From an uncultured Verrucomicrobiota bacterium (lineage in GTDB: Bacteria; Verrucomicrobiota; Verrucomicrobiia; CAIQCK01), in assembly GCA_964524715.1 (NCBI GenBank), contig CAZGGF010000510.1:850-64849 (forward strand): DNA of 64,000 nucleotides, in the 5' to 3' direction. Shown one piece after another: positions 38,719 to 46,796 of the stretch. Numbering within the stretch: position 1 is the stretch's first letter; each line of letters opens with the position of its first letter. A program made the translations under genes and the position numbers. Under the pieces are notes generated by a model. It made no database searches and had not been told where the DNA came from. It saw only the letters and a list, made by a program, of their open reading frames with translations.

Positions 38719-40295
38719 ACTCCACTCACTCAAGTCGTGAACATCTACCGGTGAAAGCTGCGCTCGTTGCCATGGCAACCCTCCTGCTCGCGCCGTTGAA
38801 CCCACGGGCCGACGAAGCCATCATCCGAGGCGAACCCGTTATCAAAGATGACTTTGAACGATGCACGCCCAGGGACAAAATCCTGGACGACGAAAACCGC
38901 CGCGGCTTCTGGAACCTGCGCTACAAGTCCTGGGGTGACAATCATCTGCTCAACGCCAATCTGGAAGCGCCGGACATAGTTTACGATCCGGCTTTGAAAG
39001 GCTGGTATGACATCGAAGTGGAGTCCCGCGCCACCGACCGTGCGGGCGGTCTCGGTTTGAGACTATCGTCGGAAACGCAGTTCACTGTTCTCAGCGTGCC
39101 TAACGAGGGCGCGACAGCGAAGAAGCACTTCAACGTCTGGGTGCCCTTCCGAAAGAACGTCAGGTTGGATGGTGCAAAAATCATCATTCGTTACACTGGC
39201 AAGCCCGTTTACATTGACTCGTTCAAGTTCATCCCGATCGGCAAGTTCACCAAATTCCAACCGCTGGCTGCGAACAAGCCAGGGCCTTCCACCGGGGTCA
39301 TCTGCAAACAGCTGGGCCGATACATCGGCTGGCCAACCATTGTCAGGACATCCAAGAACGAGTTGATCGTGACCTTCTCCGGGGATCGGGACGCACATGT
39401 CTGCCCTTGGGGTAAGACGCAGATGGTCCGCTCATCCGACGGCGGAAAGACATGGTCCGATGTCTATACCATCAACAACACGCCCTTGGATGACCGGGAC
39501 ACCGGCATCATTGAAACAAGCAAGGGAACCCTGCTGGTCAGTTGGTTCACATCGCTGTATTTCGACCGGCCGGCCTTCATGCGGAGTTCCTGGAGACAGC
39601 ATACGGCCAAGATCGGCCCCGAAACGCGAAAGCAATGGCTCGGCTACTGGGTGCGCCGCTCCGAAGACAACGGCAAGACTTGGGGCACCCCGTCCAGAAC
39701 AACCGCGTGTGCGCCGCACGGTCCAATCCAGTTGAAAGACGGCCGGCTGATTTATGTCGGCACCGGGGATGGAATCGTCGTGGAAGAATCCAAAGACGAC
39801 GGCGTCACGTGGCAAAAACTTGCCAATGTGCCCTCGCCCGCTTCGTTCTACCCAGAGGAGCCGCACGTCGTGGAGTGCAGCAACGGACGTCTCGTCGCCA
39901 TGTTCAGAAATGAACACCCGGATGAGTCACAGCGATTCCTCCTCCAATCGGAAAGCGAAGACGGCGGCAAGACCTGGAACATGATTCGTCGCACCGAAAT
40001 ATGGGGTTACCCGCCGCACCTCATCCGGTTGACCGATGGACGACTGCTGATGGTCTACGGACACCGTCGCAAACCCTACGGACAGCGTGCCTGCCTTTCC
40101 AGCGACAACGGCCAGACGTGGGACCTCAAGAACGAAATCGCACTGGTTGACGATGCGCCAGACGGAGATCTGGGTTATCCGGCTTCCGCGCAACTCAGCG
40201 ACGGAACCATCCTGACCATCTACTACCAAAAGGACCAGCCTGACGAAAAAACGTGCCTGATGGCCACACATTGGCGTCTGCCCGCGGCAAAATGA
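38715..40295 (+). CDS. Sialidase-like (BNR) protein with an N-terminal beta-sandwich module
   Basis: Multiple Asp-boxes (SSDGGKTW, SEDNGKTW, SKDDGVTW, SEDGGKTW, SSDNGQTW); GDLGYP. Confidence 0.8.
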   Translation: MNSTHSSREHLPVKAALVAMATLLLAPLNPRADEAIIRGEPVIKDDFERCTPRDKILDDENRRGFWNLRYKSWGDNHLLNANLEAPDIVYDPALKGWYDIEVESRATDRAGGLGLRLSSETQFTVLSVPNEGATAKKHFNVWVPFRKNVRLDGAKIIIRYTGKPVYIDSFKFIPIGKFTKFQPLAANKPGPSTGVICKQLGRYIGWPTIVRTSKNELIVTFSGDRDAHVCPWGKTQMVRSSDGGKTWSDVYTINNTPLDDRDTGIIETSKGTLLVSWFTSLYFDRPAFMRSSWRQHTAKIGPETRKQWLGYWVRRSEDNGKTWGTPSRTTACAPHGPIQLKDGRLIYVGTGDGIVVEESKDDGVTWQKLANVPSPASFYPEEPHVVECSNGRLVAMFRNEHPDESQRFLLQSESEDGGKTWNMIRRTEIWGYPPHLIRLTDGRLLMVYGHRRKPYGQRACLSSDNGQTWDLKNEIALVDDAPDGDLGYPASAQLSDGTILTIYYQKDQPDEKTCLMATHWRLPAAK

Positions 40296-40313
40296 GAGTG
40301 ACCGAATGCCTTC

Positions 40314-41516
40314 ATGAACAATCGAATTCTCATCGTCGCCGCCCTCCTGCTGTCCTCGGGGCTCTTTGCCAGTCCGGCCCGCGCACAAGCGCCGAAAACA
40401 CTTCTTCCGTCCGACTGGAATGCCAAGCAGGCCGGCGACCGCGTAATGGAGAGACTGGTCAATGTCTCAGCGCCGCAAGTCAAAGGCGCGCATGATGCTG
40501 CGCTGGTGCTCGCGAACAACCGTGCTTATATCGTCGCCGAAGCGAACGATGTGCGGCCTGGAGAGGCTGCGGATTGGCCGTTCGTCTATGTGACGTTGTC
40601 GGTGGTGAATCTGAAGACACTCGCCATCGAAAAACACATCACCTTCGCCCGCGGCGAGCAGGCGTTTGAGAATGAAACACTGCCGCCGGGGGCATGCTTT
40701 GTGCCGCGCATCATCCGGAAGGACGCCAACACACTGCGCTGCTACTTTGCCAGCGAACAGCCGAAGAAGCGGCAGGCACAGACGTGGTTTATGGATTTCG
40801 ACATCGCGCGCATGGGGTTCGAGAACCGTATCCACAAAGCGAAGCTCAAGACCGCCACAGGCACCTTCGACATGCAGCCGCTGTTCTTTCATGCAGATGC
40901 GGCGGCGGGCGGTTTCAAACGTCCTGCGACTGACTTCGGGCTCTACTTGTTCGATTCATTCAAGCGCATCGCTGGCAAGACCTACATTGTCTTGAACAAC
41001 TATCCCGGCGGCTAGAACGCGCTCGCGCTTGTGCATGACGACCTCGCCACCATCGAGATTATTGGCCACTACAACGAGCCTCATGAACTGAAGCTCACCG
41101 AATCCGCTGCAAACCGTTTGCCCGACGGCACATGGTTGGCCATCTGCCGGCAGGAAGGTGGAAACATGAACTACATCTTCACCACGAGCAAGGACGGCAG
41201 GACATGGACGCGCGGAGAACATCGCGACTTCGTGCCGAACGGCGCCAGTTCCAAGCCGACACTCGACCGTTTCGGTGGCATCTACTATCTCGGCTGGCAG
41301 GAGAGCACGCGCATTGCTGGTGTCAACCGCTCCGTGTTCAACATCGAAGTCTCCGCCGACGGCGTGAAGTGGGAACGCAAGTACCGTTTCGAGACCGTGA
41401 AGTCGTTTCAGTATCCCGTCTTCTGCGAGCATCGCGGCTCCATCTACCTCGCCGTGACCCAAGGCGACTCTGACCCGAGCCGGAAGGAGCGCATCATGTT
41501 CGGCAAACTGGAATGA
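40314..41516 (+). pseudogene. Exported BNR/beta-propeller protein interrupted by an in-frame TAG at 41013-41015
   Basis: ORFs 40314-41015 and 41031-41516 are in the same frame; read-through gives NNYPGG*NALALVHDD; Asp-boxes SKDGRTW, SADGVKW lie downstream. Confidence 0.75.
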
Positions 41517-41653
41517 AAATGAACACCATCATCATCGGTCTCATTGCCCTGCTGCACCCCGCAGCGAGATCTCCGACCCGTCCGCCACCGTTGACGGGGA
41601 CAATTGCATTCCCTACACTCGGCAGCAACAATCAACGTTCCTATTCTTTATGA
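41513..41653 (+). other. Probable 5' gene remnant (signal-peptide start MKMNTIIIGLIALL), 46-codon ORF
   Basis: ATGA overlap with the upstream stop; hydrophobic start followed by promoter sequence. Confidence 0.4.
41591..41619 (+). promoter_or_regulatory. Strong sigma70-like promoter TTGACG-17-TACACT
   Basis: Near-consensus boxes ending 30 nt upstream of ATG 41650. Confidence 0.7.
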
Positions 41654-44079
41654 GCAACTACGAAGAGGCACGAATCAACCTGAAAAGGCTTGCTCAGTTC
41701 TACAAAGAGAATGAAGGGAATCGGAACGAGGCGACCACTCGGATTCAGCTCATTGATTGTCTCTTCTTTGAATGCCTTGGGTGGTCACGACAAACCGATG
41801 TCGAAGCCGAGGCGGCAGAAGTGGGAGAATACGCAGACTACATTTTTCATGCTCCTCGCCACATCCTAATCGTCGAGGCCAAGCGAGAGGGCAATTATTT
41901 CGAACTGCCTGCCGGTGAAAATAGAATTGTTTACCGGATTCAGTCGTTGTGTCGCGACTATCCGAATCTCAAGTCGGCAATTGAGCAAGCGATGAGGTAT
42001 TGCCAAGCTCGCGGCGTGCCCTTTGGTGCTGTGACAAACGGACACCAAGTCGTCGCCTTCGTCGCAGTCAGGACGGATGGCGTCTCCCCTCTGGAGGGCA
42101 AGGCTCTTGTCTTCCCGACAATTGATTTCATGGAAGCACACTTTCGGGAACTCTGGGATTCATTGTCAAAGCCGGGGATCCAAGAGCGAAAGCTTCAAAA
42201 CAAACTACTTGGTGATGCTCTCCCTCCAATCCCTCCCAAACTATCGGCATCAATCTATGGCTATCCCGGGATCAAGAACCGAAACGTCTTTCAGGCTGAT
42301 CTCGAGATTGTGTCCGAATTGGTGATCGAAGACGTGGCAAAGGCCGTGGAATTAGAGGATCAATTCCTCAATGAGTGTTACTGCGATAGCGGAGCTCTTT
42401 CACAGGACTCGCTTGTTAATAGACACATTCTTGATGCCCGTTATTCGGCCTTATTCGGCACCGGGTCGGGGGGGCCAGTTTTGAGTCCCGCGAAAACCCG
42501 TAATGGCGTTGCTCCGGACATCCTAGCGAAGAGCATTAGTCGCCGTCCTATACTTCTGATTGGCGACGTTGGCGTCGGCAAGAGCATTTTCATCCGACAT
42601 CTCGTCAGGATCGACGCTCGCGAAGCATTCGAGAAAACCATAAACCTGTATATAGACCTTGGCTTCGGCGCAACCTTGACTAGAACAATCCGTGAATACC
42701 TCCTCCGCGAAATAGCCCGTCAACTCGACAAAAACCACGGGGTGGACCCCGATGCCGCGAACCTGATTCGGGGAGTTTATGACTTGGACCTGAAAAAATT
42801 CTCCAAAGGGATCTACGGCGCGTTGCAGAACACGGACCCTGCCAAGTTTCGAGAGAAGGAACTTGAGTTTCTCGACACAAAACTCCGGCAACGAGATGAG
42901 CATCTTCGATCTGTTTTGGACCACATAAGCAAGGCGCGGAAGAAGCAAGTTGTTATTTTCATTGATAACTGTGACCAGCGGAACGACGACGTGCAGCAAG
43001 AGGCTTTTCTTGTCGCTCAAGAAATTGCCGCAAGTTGGCCTGCGACGATTTTTGTCACTCTTAGGCCGGAGACTTTTTATCGTTCGTCGCGAGAGGGGGC
43101 TTTGACTGGCTATCACCCCAAGGCGTTTTCGATTGCTCCTCCGAGAGTGGACCTAGTGATCCAAAAGCGATTGACGTTTGGGTTGAAGATCACCGGAGGC
43201 GAAATCCCACTTTCAAGCTTACCCGATCACACTAGAGCGACATTCTCAAATCTGGACTCCGTTATCCGCGTGTTTCTCCATACGCTCGCGAAGTCCAGTT
43301 GGCTTCGCGAGTGCCTCGACAACATCTCTGGTGGAAACGTGCGTCTCGCACTCGACTTGGTTAAGGAATTCTTCGGGAGTGGCCATGTAGACACTCAGAA
43401 GATTGTCACGATTCACCGTGAACAGGGGAGCTATGACATTCCAGCACATGAGTTTTTGAGAGCGGTGGTTTTTGGGGATTGTGAGTACTACAGCCCTGAG
43501 AAATCGCCTGTCGTCAATCTGTTTGACGTCTCGTTCGGCGATCCGAAAGAGCACTTCGTATTGCCTATTCTGCTTTCGTTACTGGCCAGCGCGCTGAGAT
43601 CCGCCATTGATGACGGCTTTTTAGGCACGTCGAAGGTCTACGAACAAATGCAAAGACTTGGCTTCGTGCCTGACCAGATTGATGCGGCGGTTGTCCGTGC
43701 TCACCGTTCGAAACTGCTGGAAACTTCGACAAGAAGGGCATCTCGCCTCGACCAAGAAACGCCCCATGCTCTTCGGTTGACGACAGTTGGCGCCTACCAT
43801 ATCCAAAGGCTCGCCGAGTTGTTCTCCTACCTTGATGCCATTGTGGTTGACACCCCCATCTTTGACCCGACTGTCCGCTCAAATATCCACGACGTCCGAA
43901 CCATCACCGAACGGATTCGGCGAGTTCGTGTATTCAAGGCTTATTTAGACCGGCAATGGCAAGTGTTCGAAGGAACTGATACTCTGTTCCCTTGGCCAAC
44001 CTTGTCGCGACATGTGGGTGAGGAATTGGTCTCAATTGAACAACGGATATGCGGTGGCAGCCAGACTCATATGCTATGA
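41650..44079 (+). CDS. HsdR-N-like PD-(D/E)XK nuclease fused to a P-loop (AAA+/STAND-like) ATPase; putative defence protein
   Basis: NEATTR...LGW, ADY..VEAK, QAMRY, TNG; Walker A GDVGVGKS; Walker B VVIFIDNCD; no signal peptide; lower GC. Confidence 0.75.
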   Translation: MSNYEEARINLKRLAQFYKENEGNRNEATTRIQLIDCLFFECLGWSRQTDVEAEAAEVGEYADYIFHAPRHILIVEAKREGNYFELPAGENRIVYRIQSLCRDYPNLKSAIEQAMRYCQARGVPFGAVTNGHQVVAFVAVRTDGVSPLEGKALVFPTIDFMEAHFRELWDSLSKPGIQERKLQNKLLGDALPPIPPKLSASIYGYPGIKNRNVFQADLEIVSELVIEDVAKAVELEDQFLNECYCDSGALSQDSLVNRHILDARYSALFGTGSGGPVLSPAKTRNGVAPDILAKSISRRPILLIGDVGVGKSIFIRHLVRIDAREAFEKTINLYIDLGFGATLTRTIREYLLREIARQLDKNHGVDPDAANLIRGVYDLDLKKFSKGIYGALQNTDPAKFREKELEFLDTKLRQRDEHLRSVLDHISKARKKQVVIFIDNCDQRNDDVQQEAFLVAQEIAASWPATIFVTLRPETFYRSSREGALTGYHPKAFSIAPPRVDLVIQKRLTFGLKITGGEIPLSSLPDHTRATFSNLDSVIRVFLHTLAKSSWLRECLDNISGGNVRLALDLVKEFFGSGHVDTQKIVTIHREQGSYDIPAHEFLRAVVFGDCEYYSPEKSPVVNLFDVSFGDPKEHFVLPILLSLLASALRSAIDDGFLGTSKVYEQMQRLGFVPDQIDAAVVRAHRSKLLETSTRRASRLDQETPHALRLTTVGAYHIQRLAELFSYLDAIVVDTPIFDPTVRSNIHDVRTITERIRRVRVFKAYLDRQWQVFEGTDTLFPWPTLSRHVGEELVSIEQRICGGSQTHML

Positions 44080-44253
44080 GATTCGCGTAGTCGCCTTTCA
44101 TCTCTTCCATGCACCGACCTGCTCATTTACCTTTCTGCGTAATGTCTCCCGCAACAGAGCCGCGCAGATGGCCGGACGATGTGCGTCACCCTCTGAGCAT
44201 CGGGGCGTTTGTTCCCGACAGTCGGCAGGCAAGTTGGCGAATAACGCGAACAC

Positions 44254-44296
44254 TTTTCTTGTGGCGCCCGGGCAGCGGATGGTGGCACGCTGCCGC
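44254..44296 (+). promoter_or_regulatory. Bipartite element TTTTCTTGTGGCGC-N15-TGGCACGCTGYCGC, copy 2
   Basis: Matches 25983-26025; ends 5 nt before ATG 44302. Confidence 0.6.
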
Positions 44297-44301
44297 CTGC
44301 C

Positions 44302-46653
44302 ATGAAGAAGCTTTGCATCCTCATGCTCGCCGCCTTCCTGCTGGTTTCGCTGCGTCCGTTGCACGCCGCCGGGACAGTTGAAACCACAACGGAGGCGTTC
44401 GCCCGGGAAGTGGAGCGCGAAATCCCGCAAGAATCACTCTACGACTATCATAAGCGGCTCGCGCAAGACCCGGTGCATCGATGGCGGCGCGATCCCGAAG
44501 CGCGACCAACCGCAGGTGAGATGGCGCTACCTGAAAAGGGTTGGAAACTGATCTGGAACCGGCGCGGTTCGCCCATGCTCCGTGCCGCTGTTGAAGACTT
44601 CCGCGATTACCTGGGCAAAGCGATGGGCGTTCGAGTGGAACTGGAGGGACGGGATTCGCTGGCGGATTGGTCGAGTCAAACCCGGAGCATCGTGGTGGGG
44701 ACAGGGGAACACCTGCCGGCATGCGGGACGGCACTGAAAGGGCCCAAGGACTACGAGATCGTGGTGACGCCGGAACGTCTGACCGTGTGTGGGTTTGACG
44801 AGCGAGGCGTGATGCAAGGACTCTACAACCTCGAAGCCCGGATGAACCTGCGCGAAGCACCCTTTCTACGCAGCGATTTGAAAACCGTCCGCCACAACCT
44901 GTATGACTCGCGCATGGTCATGTCCTGGATGGGCTGGATGGAGTGGCCCGACTCGCTGCTCTCACACCTCGCTCACGACGGTTTTGACGCGATCTTCGCC
45001 TCGGTTTACGCCAACCCGAACGGCGACACGACCACCGCCGACACTTCGACTGATTTTTACGCACGCCTGCTATTTCGCGTGCGGAAACAAGACCCAGCCC
45101 GGATGCATGACCTGATCAAGCGCGCCTCCCGCTTCGGGATCAAGGTTTACGCGCCTGTCATCTACCAGTATTTGGGAACACCGGAAAGCGAGGCGGGACT
45201 GCGGCGGCTGGTGCGCGATATCGTGAAGGAGTTTCCCGATATCCAAGGCTACATTCTTCTGACCGAAGGTTTCTGGTGCAAGCAGTGGAGGGCGGGCCAC
45301 ACCGATGATGATGAGAAGGCACGAGAGTGGGCACGCCATTGGACCCGGGCTGTTGGAATCGTTGCCGAGGAATGCCACAAGATCAATCCCGCCATCGAGA
45401 TTCTCCCATGGGAATACAACATAGACTTCCGGCCACAGAAGGCCGATTTGAAGTGCTACTTCATCCAGCAATTACCCGCCGACACAACGCCGCTGCTCAC
45501 ATGGGAAAACGGGAAGAGTTTTGAGATCGACGGTCTGAAAGGATACCTGCGCGATTATTCAATTAGCCAAGTTGGACCGGCGGAGGTCACGCGCGCCCAG
45601 ATCGGGGAGGCCCGCCGCCGGGGAATGAAGGTCTATTCCAACGCCGACACTTTCGTTTGTGGCGCACAGCTTCAGACCGTCCCCTATCATCCGTTCCCTT
45701 ACCAATGGCACGCGCGTTACAAGGCGCTGCAGGAGTATGGCGTGAACGGCACACTGGAAAGCTGGAGCACCGGCTACACCCCGAGTTTCATGACCGAACT
45801 GCGCGCCTGGTATTGCTGGAGCGACGCGCCTCCTCTTGAGGATCTGCTCGCCGCAATCGCAACGCGCAGTTTCGGTGCCGATCAAAAACAAAAGGTCATG
45901 AAGGCATGGGAGCTGTTCAGCCAGGCGATTCGTCTGGTGCCTGACACCGGCCCGACCATGGGAACCAGCCACGCCATTGGCAATCCCCTCTTTTTCCAAG
46001 AACCTCCCGCCCGGACAGCCACCTTCACGCACTCCTGGACTGATCACGCAAAGTGGATGGGTTATATGGGCGGCGAAATCAACCCTTACTGGCCATTTAC
46101 GGTTTCCCGACTGGTCTTCTACCCGGATTTCTCGAACCGGACTAACAAAGCCGAACTCTACGCTCGATCCGTTTCTGGAATTCAGCCTGGCCAGGGCAAG
46201 CAAATCCTGCCGATCTTTCTGAAGTACCTCCGGCTCGCTGCCGAGCGAATGGACGAGGGACTGAGACTCTACCGGGCTGCCGCACTCTCCAGCACGGCGT
46301 CAAAACGTCAGTGCGCACTAAGGGAAGTTATCATCGCAGAACAGATCCAACGGATGCTCATGAGCAACCACGCCATCCTTGAATTCGAGGACCTTCGCAT
46401 CCAGTTGACGAAAGAAAACGACGCACAGAAAACCGCGGCCATCCGGGAGAAAATGAAAACGATTGTACGAGAGGAGATCGCCCGCACCGAATTGTCGCTG
46501 CTTGCCGCCACCCGTGACTCGCGCCTCGGCTTTCAATTTGAATGCGATTACGTTTACACACCCTACTCCTTGCGCGAGAAACTGCAGATTCTGCGCGACA
46601 CACTGGAAAAACAACTCGCGGCACCCCGGAAAACGAACACCTCCGACCGCTGA
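44302..46653 (+). CDS. Exported putative glycoside hydrolase (GH20/GH67-type N-domain + TIM barrel)
   Basis: AVEDFRDYL, VCGFDERGVMQGLY.LE; ARRFGIKVY-like segment; DSRLGF C-terminal motif. Confidence 0.55.
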   Translation: MKKLCILMLAAFLLVSLRPLHAAGTVETTTEAFAREVEREIPQESLYDYHKRLAQDPVHRWRRDPEARPTAGEMALPEKGWKLIWNRRGSPMLRAAVEDFRDYLGKAMGVRVELEGRDSLADWSSQTRSIVVGTGEHLPACGTALKGPKDYEIVVTPERLTVCGFDERGVMQGLYNLEARMNLREAPFLRSDLKTVRHNLYDSRMVMSWMGWMEWPDSLLSHLAHDGFDAIFASVYANPNGDTTTADTSTDFYARLLFRVRKQDPARMHDLIKRASRFGIKVYAPVIYQYLGTPESEAGLRRLVRDIVKEFPDIQGYILLTEGFWCKQWRAGHTDDDEKAREWARHWTRAVGIVAEECHKINPAIEILPWEYNIDFRPQKADLKCYFIQQLPADTTPLLTWENGKSFEIDGLKGYLRDYSISQVGPAEVTRAQIGEARRRGMKVYSNADTFVCGAQLQTVPYHPFPYQWHARYKALQEYGVNGTLESWSTGYTPSFMTELRAWYCWSDAPPLEDLLAAIATRSFGADQKQKVMKAWELFSQAIRLVPDTGPTMGTSHAIGNPLFFQEPPARTATFTHSWTDHAKWMGYMGGEINPYWPFTVSRLVFYPDFSNRTNKAELYARSVSGIQPGQGKQILPIFLKYLRLAAERMDEGLRLYRAAALSSTASKRQCALREVIIAEQIQRMLMSNHAILEFEDLRIQLTKENDAQKTAAIREKMKTIVREEIARTELSLLAATRDSRLGFQFECDYVYTPYSLREKLQILRDTLEKQLAAPRKTNTSDR

Positions 46654-46796
46654 ACGCCGCTGCAGACCACAAACTCATCACCGGGCAAGATGAGAACAAA
46701 CAACGCGATCACGGCAAAGTAGCTGTTGCAACAAATGCCCGGCAAACCTAAGAATTCACACCAGTCGTCGACGGCATGATATTCATGAAACCAACC

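Noticed and set aside
41013-41015. Pyrrolysine or genome-wide TAG recoding
   Set aside because: TAG is a normal stop for many genes here, no pyl genes are in the window, and the protein is not a methylamine methyltransferase.
41650-44079. Type I restriction subunit HsdR or an RM system
   Set aside because: No DEAD/SF2 helicase motifs and no hsdM, hsdS or other DNA methyltransferase in the window.
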